The notes: generated by a model from the letters alone, not told the origin. Numbered from the stretch's first letter, positions 44,601 through 56,364 are shown. The stretch is 63,967 bases of DNA from Vitrella brassicaformis CCMP3155 (GCA_001179505.1 CDMY01000313.1:1-63967), one strand, 5' to 3'. Made by a program: numbers and translations.

Positions 44601-46396
44601 TTGCACTGATCGGCGTCAAAGCACCGACACACACCTCCCCCAAACGGGCTCGGGTCCCAGTCACACAAACCATGCGCCCAGCAGAACTCTGACCAGCGAC
44701 ACACGAAAGCAACACGTACATGTGCATCCTCTTCCTTCAACGAGCCCACTTTTGCAAGATTCGTGATCGGCGGGAGCGTCGAGGACACGCTTGAGCATCT
44801 GCTGGCAGCCGCGGGACTCGGTGATCTGCTTGCCGGGGTAGGCCTTCCACGAAGGTCCACTCGACAACGATGCGGTGGAGATTCAAGGTGGTCGTGGTGG
44901 TGGTCGTGGCGGTCGTCTCATTGGACGGCGATCCAGGCGCAGAAGAGACGTTCACCTGGATTGCATTTAATGGAGGGATGCTCAAGTGTTGCACGAGTGC
45001 TTATTCTCTGACCTACATCGGCTCACCCTGTCCCTGACGGCGACGACCATGCTGACATCGAATCCCTGCACAATCTGGACCGACGAGCGCAGCACCTCGA
45101 CGATCTCAATCTCCTTCGAGTCGTGGCACAGCCGGCTGGTCCGCTCCCTGTTGAGCGCCGCCTCGGCAGCCATCCGCGAGCTGACCACCAGACGGCTGTC
45201 CACAGGCACCTGCCGGCCGCTCTGGGGATCTGTAGCCGTCTCCTCGCATGGAGCTGATAGACAAGCATTCGACAGATGCACACATGGCTGACATCCTTAC
45301 ACGTGGCTTACGAGGGAAAGGGCGTTGTATTTGCCATTTCCACAGTCCAGTGCGGTTCGTGAAGTGGATAAAGGTGAAGAAGGACGGTGGCTCCTCCAGC
45401 AGCAACAGGCGGTCGGAGGGGGCCTTGGCCTCGCCGACACGCCAGTGGCCGGCGATGAGCGATTGGGGTGCGATGGGGTCCAATGGGTCGGGGACACACT
45501 GCTCACGTTCTTTGTTGATCGCCCTCATTGCCTCATTGCCCAATACCTGCACACAAGACACACGTGGACAAGAGAATACACCAGAACAAAGCCAGACAGA
45601 AGGGCGACAGCCTCCGGTATACACACCAAGTCGAGTTTCTGTCTCTCCTGGCAAGACGCCGCAATCAGAGACGCCTTCGCCATGCCGTGGATCTCCAGCC
45701 ACCGCTCAAAAGCTTCGAGGGTCTCCTTGTCAACTGAACGTCCAGCACAGAACAGAACAGAAGATCCATCCATCCATCCATTCATCCATTCATCCATCCA
45801 TCCATCAACACGGGATGGATTGGCTCACGGGTGTCATCAATCGTCCTCTCAGTGCATCCCTGTGCAGCGTCTGCCGCCACAGGCTGAGAAAGGTTCGATA
45901 GCGCGGCAGACTCGTGGAGGGAGGGGATACTTCTCCTTCCCTGAGCACTGCCATCGATGGCTGCGATGGGGGGAGGGGTGGGGGGGAAGAGCAGCTCGTC
46001 AGCTGGATCGGTGCTCGGCGGTGCGTTGAGGGCGTCCTCTGGGCTCTCGAAAGGCAGAGTCGGGTCATCGACGTCAGGCTCTCTTGAGTTGATAATACCA
46101 CCTGCAGGCAACCAGGCAAGAACACCGCAGTGCAGATTTTATCGTGAGGTCTCTGCCCTTCACTGCATTCACCAGATGACCCATCTGGAAAGCCCTGCAC
46201 GCGGCGGACAGCTGCAAATCGTAAAACGGAACACAATGCATCTTTCTGATCCAGTCCAATGGCCTCGCACACCTCTTCTGGCCTCCAGCGTCTCCTTGAA
46301 GTGTCTTCCCCGCTGCGCGCCGACCGCTATCAGTCGGATGGTTGCAACGCAGAAGCAGAGCACCGCCAAGGGACGCCAGGAGCGAAGGTGGGCCAT
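27361..46396 (-). CDS. Giant secreted mosaic protein: signal peptide, cystatin-like, C-type lectin, papain-family domain (His->Gln), 25 or more EGF/cbEGF, C-type lectin, H-lectin-like repeats, C-type lectin, SUEL lectin
   Basis: ATG 46396 [27 protein letters not shown] (signal-like). The junctions I checked splice in phase (5' exons; CTL-protease; protease-linker; last exons to ...[13 protein letters not shown] at 27361-27363); most EGF and lectin-repeat junctions were not checked. One apparent frame switch near 44850 and three N-gaps. Confidence 0.75.
28850..32920 (-). other. Three tandem super-repeats of H-type-lectin-like beta modules
   Basis: Each unit begins GE(S/T)G...V.L...(Y)PVV..(G)P...WCFD, then F..PF..PP.V..Q(V/L)Q(T/S)..G...V..R...VT..(G)F...L....H..E.VG(W/Y).A. 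Confidence 0.6.
33150..33670 (-). other. Second C-type-lectin-like domain
   Basis: [19 protein letters not shown]...[19 protein letters not shown]...DACAVL...ARPC. Confidence 0.75.
33906..34205. other. Assembly gap (300 N)
   Basis: Run of n. Confidence 1.
34786..35085. other. Assembly gap (300 N); may hide an exon
   Basis: Run of n. The flanking donor is phase 1 but the downstream exon needs phase 0. Confidence 1.
36783..37082. other. Assembly gap (300 N); flanks overlap
   Basis: Run of n. Both flanks carry poly-G followed by acgtgg(g). Confidence 1.
41715..43500 (-). other. Papain-family (C1A) protease domain with catalytic His replaced by Gln
   Basis: LPVEYDVR; SQG|YCGACWAFA; LSVQQ|VLSC; GCEGGW; DYPY; [16 protein letters not shown]; [11 protein letters not shown]; YWLLRNSWG...NGYFKMER. 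Confidence 0.9.
43790..44255 (-). other. First C-type lectin domain
   Basis: [15 protein letters not shown]...SFHNAVKRC...AKLV...CWIG|AHY...WEYLDGT...SCGAL...[12 protein letters not shown]. Confidence 0.88.
45030..45200 (-). other. Cystatin-like domain
   Basis: Helix [11 protein letters not shown] followed by [23 protein letters not shown], containing a QxVxG motif (QIVQG). Confidence 0.55.
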
Positions 46397-46815
46397 TGTG
46401 ATGGGCTCTGGTCGGCCTTTGCAATGGCGTGTGGAAGACAGAAGCCCTTCCGCGCCGAGTCGCAGAGTCTGCGACTCACGGGCCGTCCTTGGGCCGTCAA
46501 GTCAGGGCTGTGCGATTGTGCGATATGGCATTCGAACTCTCCTCCCAGCAGCTGCGCAGTGTCGCGGGGAGGGAAGGGCGAATTTGGGGACAAAGCTCGC
46601 ATCCCTGCATTGGGGCCTAACAGTAGCGGTGAGGAGTGAAGGAAGCCCAAAAAGAACCATCGCGAAGCACCATATGTGCTGCTGGGTTGTTGCGCTGCTC
46701 GTTGTAGGTATCCTCTCATCCATCTGGCGTCGGCCTCCCATGTGGCAGCGCGTTTTGTCGGCCAGCCTCCTTAACGACATGAATGAGGGCTGATCTACGC
46801 CAAGGGGTCTGAGTC

Positions 46816-49800
46816 ATGCATACTAGTTTCAAATTGGCTCCTTCTCTTGCCATCCGTCTGCTCTCGTCGCCAGAGGAGCTGCACGAGGATCTCGTCGAGG
46901 GCAGCCTTAAGACGCTGGGCAGCTTGAGGCTGGACCAGGGTGAGTGCGAGGCCCTGCGGAAGAATCTCCGCAATGGGCGACTCCTGGAGCGTGTGTTTGA
47001 TGCCTTCACTAATAGCGGCAACACGGCCCGCCAGGACGACGCGGCAAACGTGCTGGCTATAGGCACAGAGGCGGACCTCACTCACCACATCATCCCGGTG
47101 TGTGGGTCGCCTCAACGGTACATCAGCAGGCTGGCCACACTGCTGACAGAGACCGACAATGACACCGTTCCGGCCATCGCCTTCGCGCTGCTGGTGGCCG
47201 CCATGATCAAGGGCCGGCATGAGGGCAATGCGGCCGACTATCGAGACCATTGTGTGCAGCACCACCCCGAAGTCTTCGGCAAGGCAGTGGCGCTTTCGGA
47301 CAAGATCCCCGGTGGGTGCAGCAAGTCGCGATCGCCCGTCACCTTCCTGCTGTCGGCCTTTTCGACGGCACGTGCATTCGGCCCGCCCTTCCCTGGCCCT
47401 TTTGTCGTGCCTCCCCTGGTGTGGGTGGGCGTGTTCCGGGTAGTCGTGCGCGTCGTGACGTGTGAGGACCAGGCAACTCGGGACGAGTTGTAAGCGACTA
47501 TATAGATGACACACATGCTGCAGACACTTCATGTATGGCTGCTTCGCTTCAGTGCTAACTGTATTCAGCACGCCACAGCATTTGTCCGCCAGCACATCCA
47601 CTGCGTGACCGGCACAGGTAGTAAGCAAAGTCAGACATACAGACAACCTCCCACCACTTTTCCGCCACTGACTCATTGTCGTCATTCGGCTGGTGCAGGG
47701 TCGGGTTCAGAAGCAGAGCGTGCTGCGTACCTGGCTGCCATCCGTGAGGACCTCTACCCCCTCGTCGACACGTTGACGGCCACCCTGACATCCTACGACG
47801 CAGACAAGGAGGTGCGCCACGGGGCTGCCGTCTGCCTCGAGTGCATCTTCGCCTTCTGCTGCAATTTCAAGAGTGACACACTCCCACAAGACAGACAGGC
47901 CCACTTCGAGTGTGGCCTCACTTGCTGAATGCGTGTGTCCGTCCGTCCTTGGTGCAGAAGCCGAGTACTTCAGTGATGCCGACGGGCCCGTCCAGCGTTT
48001 GATGAGAGCGCCCAATGCGCTGCAGGCGTACGTCGCGGCCGTCAAGAGCCCCACCAATACCCTTGCATCTACGATAACGAGTACCACCTCTCCGATTACC
48101 CTGGCTCTCCCGGAGATGCTGGCCGGTGAGCGAATCAAACGAGGGAAGTGAATGAATGCCTCCCTCCCTGTGGGTGTGCTGCATGAATGTCTGCAGCGAG
48201 TGGACATCGTGATGCCGTGTACTCTTCTGGATGCATCTCGATGGCGTCGGATATTGTCAAGCGCCTCGACAAGCAGTCAATGGCCGAGGTGGCCTACTAT
48301 GCGGCCTCTCTTCAGAACATCGTCGGAAGAGACACAGACCTCTGGGTCGAAATGGGCGCCAAGGTCAGCCCGGATGGATAAGTGGATGGATGGATGACGC
48401 GTCCATGGTCATTGTGCGGTGCTCATGTGCAGATCGCTGTACGTGACGGCCTTCCCGTAGCCCTGTGTGACGTGGCCTTGGCCTGCATCAAGAACGGTCA
48501 GCTCGACCAACAGGAGGCGGATGACTTCATAGACTTCGCCGTCAGAACCCTGCGCGTACTTGTCAGGTACGCAGACACACACACACACACACACACGCCT
48601 GTGGTGGGGGATAATGCATGCGTGTGGATGTCTTCTCGGTGCAGCTATGGCGACCGAGTGAGCAGCAAGAGGGGCGGCGTCTTCCGTCCCAATGGCGTCA
48701 CCCAGGCCGTCCTGCAGCACAACTCGGTCAAGACGATGCGCGCAGCCGAGGGGCAGCCGAAAGGACGACGAAAGGCAAACCGTCAGCATCAGGATCAGCT
48801 AGCAGTGCCCAAGAAGGTGGGAAATGATGCCCACATGACGGCTCACACGGGCAGTGTCCATCCATTGTACGTGTTGTGTGTCAGTTGTTGGACTTGTTTG
48901 ACGAGATCGAGAGGGCGGCCAACGAGCGGGCCGAGAAGATCATCGCAGAGCTGGACATTGAGGGCACACAGGAGGGGGCCGAGGACACCAACGACAGCAA
49001 GGGCGTCAAGAAGAGGTCCAAGGGCAAGAGGGGCGGCCAGGGAGCCTGTGCCAAGGAGTCGGCATCACCATCCAGGTGACCGCCAGAAAGGGAAAGAGCG
49101 CATCCACGAAAATGAAGGGGATGCGTGTGTGCGTGTGTGCGTGTGTGTGTGTGTATGTGTTTGTGTGCCGATCGACAGCTGTGGTGCCATCGGCACATGC
49201 GAAGACCACAGCGAGCAGCCGGATGAGGATGCAGAAGACCATCATGGCCACCTTCCAGGTCCCCCCAGCCCGTCGCCCCCCTCCCCTCCCCGACCCTCAT
49301 GCTCATACTCATCGTCTGCATCGGTGCCGTCGGCTGTGTCTGGTGGAAGCTCTGCTTCGGTGGGGGACGGCAGTGGGCAGCAGCAAGCAACGGCTGGTGG
49401 TGGTGGCGATGATGGCGGCGGGTTCATCACCGTCGGCCGCAAGAAGAAGGGCGGCAAAGGCGGCAATGCACTTCAGCAGCAGCAGCAGCAGCAGCAGACC
49501 AACACAGCTGACAAAGCAAACAACAAGTCAGTAAGGCCGACCAACACTCACTGAGGAGGGACAACTCCGGTGTGCTTGTGTGTTCAGCTCGGGAGTCTTC
49601 CCGTCTTCGTCTTCTTCCGAGTCGACGCGGCCATCCTCATCGCACTCGTCTGTGTCTGGCGGGCCCCACAATGCGCCGCCTCTCTTCCCTCTGGCTCCAC
49701 GCCCGGCCGTCCCGCCCCCCCAGCCTCCCAACCGACACACACCCACACCAGCACCATCCAGTAGCCGTGGTGGCTCTGACGAGCATGGCCTCGCCCCATT

Positions 49801-50450
49801 GGCAGCCGGGGACAGTAGCAGTAGCTCGTTGGAGAGGGCGGTGGAGGTGGAGGGCCGCAGTGGTCAAGACAGGTACGTATCGATGGACAGAGCAGCCGAG
49901 GAAGACGGACAGACAGACAGACAGACAGACAACGGTCACTCTCCCTGCCCCTCCATGTGTGGTTGCGTGAGCAGGTATGGTGGGGAGGTTAGTGAGTTGG
50001 ATGCGCTGCGCAAGCAGCTCGAGGCCATGCGGCTGGAGAAGGAGGCCATAGAAAGGGAGAAGAAGCGGTACGTGAGGCGACGCCACACACCTGCAGTGCA
50101 GTGGTTGCATGCCCCTCTTTCATGGGCGTCTGATGGATGGGTGGTTTGCTCCCTGCAGGCTGGAGGAGGAGCGCGAGAGCACTGAGTGTGACATCTGCAT
50201 GGCCTCAAAGAAGTCCATCGTACTCATTCCCTGCGTAAGCCAACCAACGCACAGGCACAACGACTCAACTTCCTCTCAGCCACCACGCCACGCGCTGCCC
50301 AAATATATGTGTGTTTGAGTGTGTGGTGTGTAGCGTCACTTCTGTCTGTGCGGTGTGTGTGCGACGGCCTTGATGTCCAAACCAGTGGCCGAGCGGCTGT
50401 GTCCGCGGTGCCGACAGGCCATCACGGCCACACGACACGTCTACCTGTGA
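46816..50450 (+). CDS. ARM/HEAT-like helical repeat protein with C-terminal C3HC4 RING finger (putative E3 ligase)
   Basis: Helical repeat-like N-terminal exons, low-complexity linker, coiled coil, then ECDICMASKKSIVLIPC|RHFCLCGVCATAL...LCPRCRQAITATRHVYL* (TGA 50448-50450). True start uncertain. Confidence 0.8.
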
Positions 50451-50948
50451 GTGCAGGGCCATCGTGCTACGACGCACGAGAGACACATGCTGGCGGCTGG
50501 ATGAGTGACACGCCTGTAGACGAGCCATTGATGTTGGGGGGCAGGTGTGGTGGGTGGGTGGGTGGCAGCTGTGTGTGCATAGCATAGATGTGACTGACTG
50601 GCGGACTGGCTGACAGAGCGAGAGGCGTGTACAGACTTATTTGCTTGCTTTTCCTGCATAGCGCGCGACTGGCTCGGATGCGGGACGGAGTTGATGAAAC
50701 ATGAGTCCGATTCGCCGGGTCATTCACACGAACACGAACACAATTTGCGTTCTCACACTCAGTCGTGCCTGGTGTCCAACCCGTCGACTGCCTGCACAAG
50801 GCATCCCACGTATGAACAAAGGAGTCCCGATGTCCTAAAGACCAACTTCTCACCTGAGTGCCCAGGCTGGCAGGAACTGTTTCACCGAATCGTGCCCTAA
50901 TTACAAGCTCGGTTCGCCGAGTAGTGCGTTGCTAGTCTGGTTGCGGCG

Positions 50949-53021
50949 ATGTCGGCTGCAGCAGCAGTAGCTGACGGGCGGAAAAAGCGAAAGAACCACC
51001 ACAATGGAGTAGCTGATGAGTCCGTCGCCCCATCCCGGTTGCATGGCGTGACGAGCGGCCGCGAGGACGCTGATGTGCTGCTCAAGGAGATCTCTGGATG
51101 CATGGACGGCCTGCGAGGAGCGGTCAAGACGGCAGCAGCCGCGGCAGAAGGCAAAACAGAGAAGCTGGCGGGGGAGATCAAGCAGATGATCACGTCGAAC
51201 GGCGGCACGGTTTATCCGCAGCAGACGAGCGGCAAGCTGAAGCTCAATGTGGGCGGCACCGTTTTGTCCATCCCGGTGTCGTCCCTCCTGCAGCCCAAGG
51301 TGAAGAGGACCTTCCTCTCCACCCTGCTGCTCCACTTCACGGACGCGCTGCCCAAGGACACCAACAAGGTGCCCTACCTCGAGATGCACCCGCCCTACTT
51401 CCGCTGGCTGCGCAACCAGCTGGCGCTGCTCGAGAGCCCCCACATCAGCGAGATAAAACTCCTCCCTCCCAAGAGCGACGACCCATCCCATGCCGAGTAC
51501 CACTCTCTGTTCATGCAGAAGCTGGGCAGCGACATCGAGGAGCAGCCACAGGCGCCGAGCACGTCGGCTGCAGCAGCTGCTGCTGCAGCGGCGGGAGGGA
51601 ATGGCGAGATGGCCGATGCGGGTGGAGGCGGGTCGGATGAGCTGATTCTGTTGGACGACTCCACGTCTGAGGAGGAGAGCGACGAGGGCGGGGAGGGTGG
51701 GGCGAGGGAGGCGTTTAGGGAGATAGACCAGTACGTGAGGCGGTACAAGGGCCTCGTCAGTGCACTGCGGAAGCAGAAGGAGAAGATGGAGGCGTTCCTG
51801 TCGGCGATGCGGCCGTTCGTCAAGGGGGAGAGTAGCGACGAGGATGTGGAGGTGATGACGCTGAGCGTCAACGACGAGGATGTGTCGGTCCTCCGCCGCA
51901 CCGTCGCGCCACTCGGAGCCGGCCATGCCCTCGTCAAACGCTACGACAAGTAGGAAGGCATGGGAGGGAAGGACCGAACTAAAGAAACATATGTACATGT
52001 GTGTGTATCCTTGTATGTGCTGCTGCAGGGACAAGTGGCCCGATCAGGATGTGCATCAGACGTCCGACGAATTCCTCCAACTCATCGTCGACTTCGCGCG
52101 CCGGCTGACATGCATACCAGACGGGCGATTTGTGCATCCTCCGGTCGTGGCGCAACACGACAAGGAGATATTTGCTGTGGAGCTCGGCATGTACGGCCTC
52201 AGTACGGTGCCGACCGTGGTGGGCGGGGCGGCGGAGGCCTCCACGGTCATCAGGACGGCTGACGAGTGGCTGCAGGTGATGAAGATGACGAACAAGAAGA
52301 TCGCCGTGCCTCCATCGCTGCTATACAAGTGAGACCGACTGCTGACACAGAGACGGGCAGAACGGACGACAAGCCATGAATCTAATTGCGTCATCCACGC
52401 AGGGGCAGCCGCGACACGTATGTGTTCCCCAAGATGCTCGAGTGTGTCGAGAGCAAGAGCGGCCTGCTCTTCGCCCTCCGAGATGGCGACACTCACCGAT
52501 TCGGCTGCTTCATCGACGGCCCCCTCACGCCGCCTGACGACCCCACAGATTTCCACAAGTACAAGGTGCCCGTCTTCTTCTACTCGCTCAGCGGCGCGTA
52601 TGATGCGCCGACCAAGATCGAGCCGCCCGAGGGGAGGCAGAGGGCAACTTGGCAGAGGGTGACGGTCGCCGGCACACAGGGGGCGGTGAAGGACTGTAAG
52701 GGCGAGCCGACTGCGAACGTGAGCATCGCTTGCGGTCGTCTCTGGCTGGGGTATGCCGATCCTGGTCCTGCGGCCGACCTCAGCAGCTGCCAGCAGGGAA
52801 TCGAAAAGAAGCATCTACTGGCAGCAGGGGAATACAGGGGGAAGGTCAAGCATGGCGATGGGCCACTCGCCCAGCAGCAAGACTTCACGTGCAGCGAGAT
52901 GGAAGTATGGCACATCAAGGAGGTAAGGCGCGCGCCAGCAGGACGCATGCCATGGTGGCTGTCATGTGGAGCCCTCTATGGATGTGCCTGTGCATATGTT
53001 TTGTAGGTGGTGAGTGGCTGA
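50949..53021 (+). CDS. BTB/POZ-like + TLDc domain protein (paralogue 3)
   Basis: KLKLNVGGTVLSIP...LLLHFTDALPKDTNKVPYLEMHPPYFRWL; TLDc LLYK|GSRD...LLFALRDGDTHRFGCF...FYSLSGAY...FTCSEMEVWHIKE|VVSG*. Confidence 0.92.
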
Positions 53022-53503
53022 GCGCACCGGACGGCGCCACATGGATGATGACGGCGGAGGCAGGTGGGTGAGAGGACCTTCCAAAAACAACAGAGGCCTG
53101 CCGCTCCGGTGTTCCTGTATTTGTGTGTGCCTCTCGCTATCTCTCTCTCTCTCTCTGTGTGTGTGTTGCAGAGAGTGCCGGCGCCTGATGGGTAGAGGAT
53201 GACATCTGTTGGCGCCTTAGCGATAGACGTCCCGACCCTACTTGCATGCCTATGACATGACTGACTGATTCATGATTGCTTCAAAAGCCAGTGCACAAAG
53301 ATGGTGTCGAGCCGTGATACGTGTGTGTGTGTGTGCCTCCCTCCAACCATCGCCAACACACCTGTGTGTATCAACAAATGGATTGAGAAGGCAGTCAAAA
53401 ACACAGTAAGTCGAGTAGGTCGACGCACCCCACCCCACCCCACCACCCACCCGCCCACATAAATGTACGCGCTCATCCGCCCCACCCCGGCCGTACGGTC
53501 CAG

Positions 53504-55391
53504 CTATGTCCCTTTCTTCTCCTGCTCCTTGGCCTGCACCTCCTTGAACCCCGATATGACCTTGTCGCGCTCGTCAACGCTTTCAAGCAGGACGCAGCCG
53601 TGGCCCTCCAACGCGTCGTCCGACGCTGCAAACATCATGCAAAGAGCAGGCATTGACATACCTCTCACACACTGCTGCGCTGTGCTGTGCTGTGTGCCCA
53701 CGTACACTGGGTCTCTGGCGAGTGCAACAGAGGGGCGCTGACTCGAAAAGGACGGGCACCTACAGTGCATGGGGCAGCGCATGCACTTCTTTTCCATGCT
53801 CGTTTCTGTTGGGGTCACTGGATGCAGTCAGGCATACCGATGAACAAGAGGCTGTCCCACTCATCGTCGTGCAGGGCGAGTTTGGGGTTCAGCCTCAGCA
53901 GCTCTGCCGGTCCCTCGCGAAAGGTCTGATACTTGGATGACCTCAGGTCGCACGAAAATGGGGCCTTCTTGCCCTCTGTGTCCCTGACGCACAGACACAC
54001 AACACACACACAGACAGACAGCAGAGTTGGAAATGCGCTGAGTGCAATCGACGGTGCGTGGTGTTGTGTGTTACTTGACGGTGACGAGGTACTGTTTGAA
54101 GTTGACAACGAAGGTCGCGTCATGCCGGATGCCGCTGATGAGATCAATCATCTCGACCTTGACACCCTGAATGAAGTAATTTCACCCACACCCACCAAGG
54201 ATGTTGGTCTTCCTCTCTGTCTCCTCCCGTGTCTCCGCGTCTCCGTGTCTCCTGCGCCTTACCTTCTCGAGTTTTTTCTTGAAGTCCTCGAGCTTGCCCC
54301 TGTCCCACTTGATGGTGGCCGCCCTCTCCCTCTGTGTGACGGCCCTGCCCGTCCTCTCGTCCATCAGCCACATCCGAAGCACCTCCAGACCTGCAGCAGG
54401 CAGTGAGAGCTCAGATGTCTCAGCGGTCTGTCAGTCGGTCACATCGGGAGCGCAAGGAGCACGCCGCACCTGAGCAGACCATCGCCTTCGGCACAGGCAC
54501 GCTGCCCGGCTGGGAGGGGTCCTTTGGCTTGAGCAGAATGGTCAAGCTGCACAACACCACACCACGCCGTCTGTTCTCTTCATATGTCTCCGTGACACAC
54601 AGCGATAGTGCCAAACGTACAGTGGTGTCGGGACAAATTTGAATTTGTCCGCCAGCTTGCCCTCCATATTTGGCTTGGCGGCGGTCTCCAGCACCACGAT
54701 CTGGGACAGCTGGTCTGCCGTCAGCACAAGGGTCTTGTCCTTCCGGAGCCGCTCAAGGTCTGCCCGGATGCACGTCGGCGGCGTCTCGAAGAGCCCGTGC
54801 ACATCGACCACCTCGTCAAGGGCGAGACTGAATGGGGAGAAGACAGCAAATGAGGCATTCAGGCGGGTAGTGAGACAGGCAGACAGAGAGAGAAGCGTCT
54901 CACCTGATGAGGTCTTCGCCGTCCCTCTCTCCCCTGAGCGACACTGTCTTGAGGGCATCGTCACAAAAGAAGCGGGCTGGGTGCACCTGCCCCCTCTGCA
55001 GGTCTATCAAATCAACAGGGATGCCCTTCAGCGCCGCTCTCCCAAACGCAAAAACGCAATTCTGAACGACATTCAGCACACACACACACAATGAATGGCT
55101 GACGGTGGCCTTGAAATTCCTTCTTTCTCTTCTGACCTGAAGCTCCTCGGGCGATTTGGGCACAGGCACGATCTCTGTGCCGTAAAGGCCGGAGTAGTGG
55201 ATGGACTCCTGAGCTTCTTTCGTCAGCTGGAGCGTGTTTGACTTCTCAGCAGCGGGCTTGGGGAACTTGGCAGCGGCGGAGCCCTGGCTGCCCTTGCTGG
55301 CCCTGACCTCCTCGGTAGGCTCGAATCTGGCCTCCGGCTCCTTGTCCACCTGCCCACAGCAGTTGAAGAGAGATTTGCACCAATTTGCCAT
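53504..55391 (-). CDS. Protein with N-terminal Cys-Cys motif and two tandem ISP-like (IMC sub-compartment protein) PH-fold domains
   Basis: MANWCKSLFNCCGQ; repeat 1 FGRAALKGIPVDLIDLQRG...; repeat 2 FKKKLEK|GVKVEMIDLISG...AELLRLNPKL...CVLLESVDERDKVISGF. Introns phase-consistent. The ISP assignment is pattern-based. Confidence 0.7.
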
Positions 55392-56364
55392 CGGACGGAC
55401 AAACGGGGGCGAATGGAAGGATTCGCTCGACCGTTGAAAAAACGTTCGGATCGACATTGGGTCATGCGGGTGGATTACGGCAGTCATTCCATGCACACCT
55501 GCAGTCTTGCATGAAGCGGGCTGGTTGCGTCCGTTGTCTACCTGCATGAGATCTGTCTCCGTTGCTGGCTGCCACGAGGTGCCTGCATGCTGTCTCCGTC
55601 ATGTCTACTTCGACCGACGAAAGCGCCATGCACGCCACCCAAGCAAGCCCGCAACGAGACAGTATCAATTGCATCACACGCACAGAAGAAGAGCGTCTCG
55701 ATAGCATGGACTTGCGATGCCGAGGTAGTCTGTCAGAGATGGGCAGAGAGGAAGAAAGATCAAGGTCGTCCATCCAGTGTAGTATTTTTCCACAAAGACC
55801 TGGCAAAAAAGTGGGACACAGCCAGTATTGCAATAGGGCTGTTTGATCCATTGATCAGGGTGACGGCTCGAAGACCAACAAGCAGGAGAAGCGAGGCTGC
55901 TGCTTGCCCTGCGTGTCGCCCGCCGCATCGCCACTCAGACCAACAGATAACCACACACATGTGTATCAAGCAAGGACCGAGACAGTACACCTCAAGTCCA
56001 TCATCTCGCGGGTGGTCTGTATGTGGGCATGTATCACTGATGCACAGGCACACCAGGTGACAGACCATGACGCATCTCGCTCCGTCAGGCAGTGACCTGG
56101 AGGACCCGAGAGACAGTGATGCACAACCCACACAAACACACACATGACGCAAGCCGTCGAGTCAACAAGGCAATCCATGATCGAATGAATGGTAAGGCTG
56201 CGACAAATCGGTGCCTTGCTTCCCTCCCTCCCTCCGCCCCTCACTATATATCTCACAAAACGGATATCGCGCCAAACCGGCAAAAACCACCACCTTGTGA
56301 ACACACACGTGCTGAATTGATGCACTTACCCACCACCTGTCTGTCTGTCTGTCTGTCCCCTCCC

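Noticed and set aside
52628-52660. ggcagaggg duplication adding about 5 aa (QRATWQRV) in the TLDc3 domain
   Set aside because: Small in-frame indel in a variable loop; unremarkable.
50901-52814. Long minus-strand ORFs (377 aa, 252 aa) opposite TLDc paralogue 3
   Set aside because: Antisense shadows of a high-GC3 coding exon.
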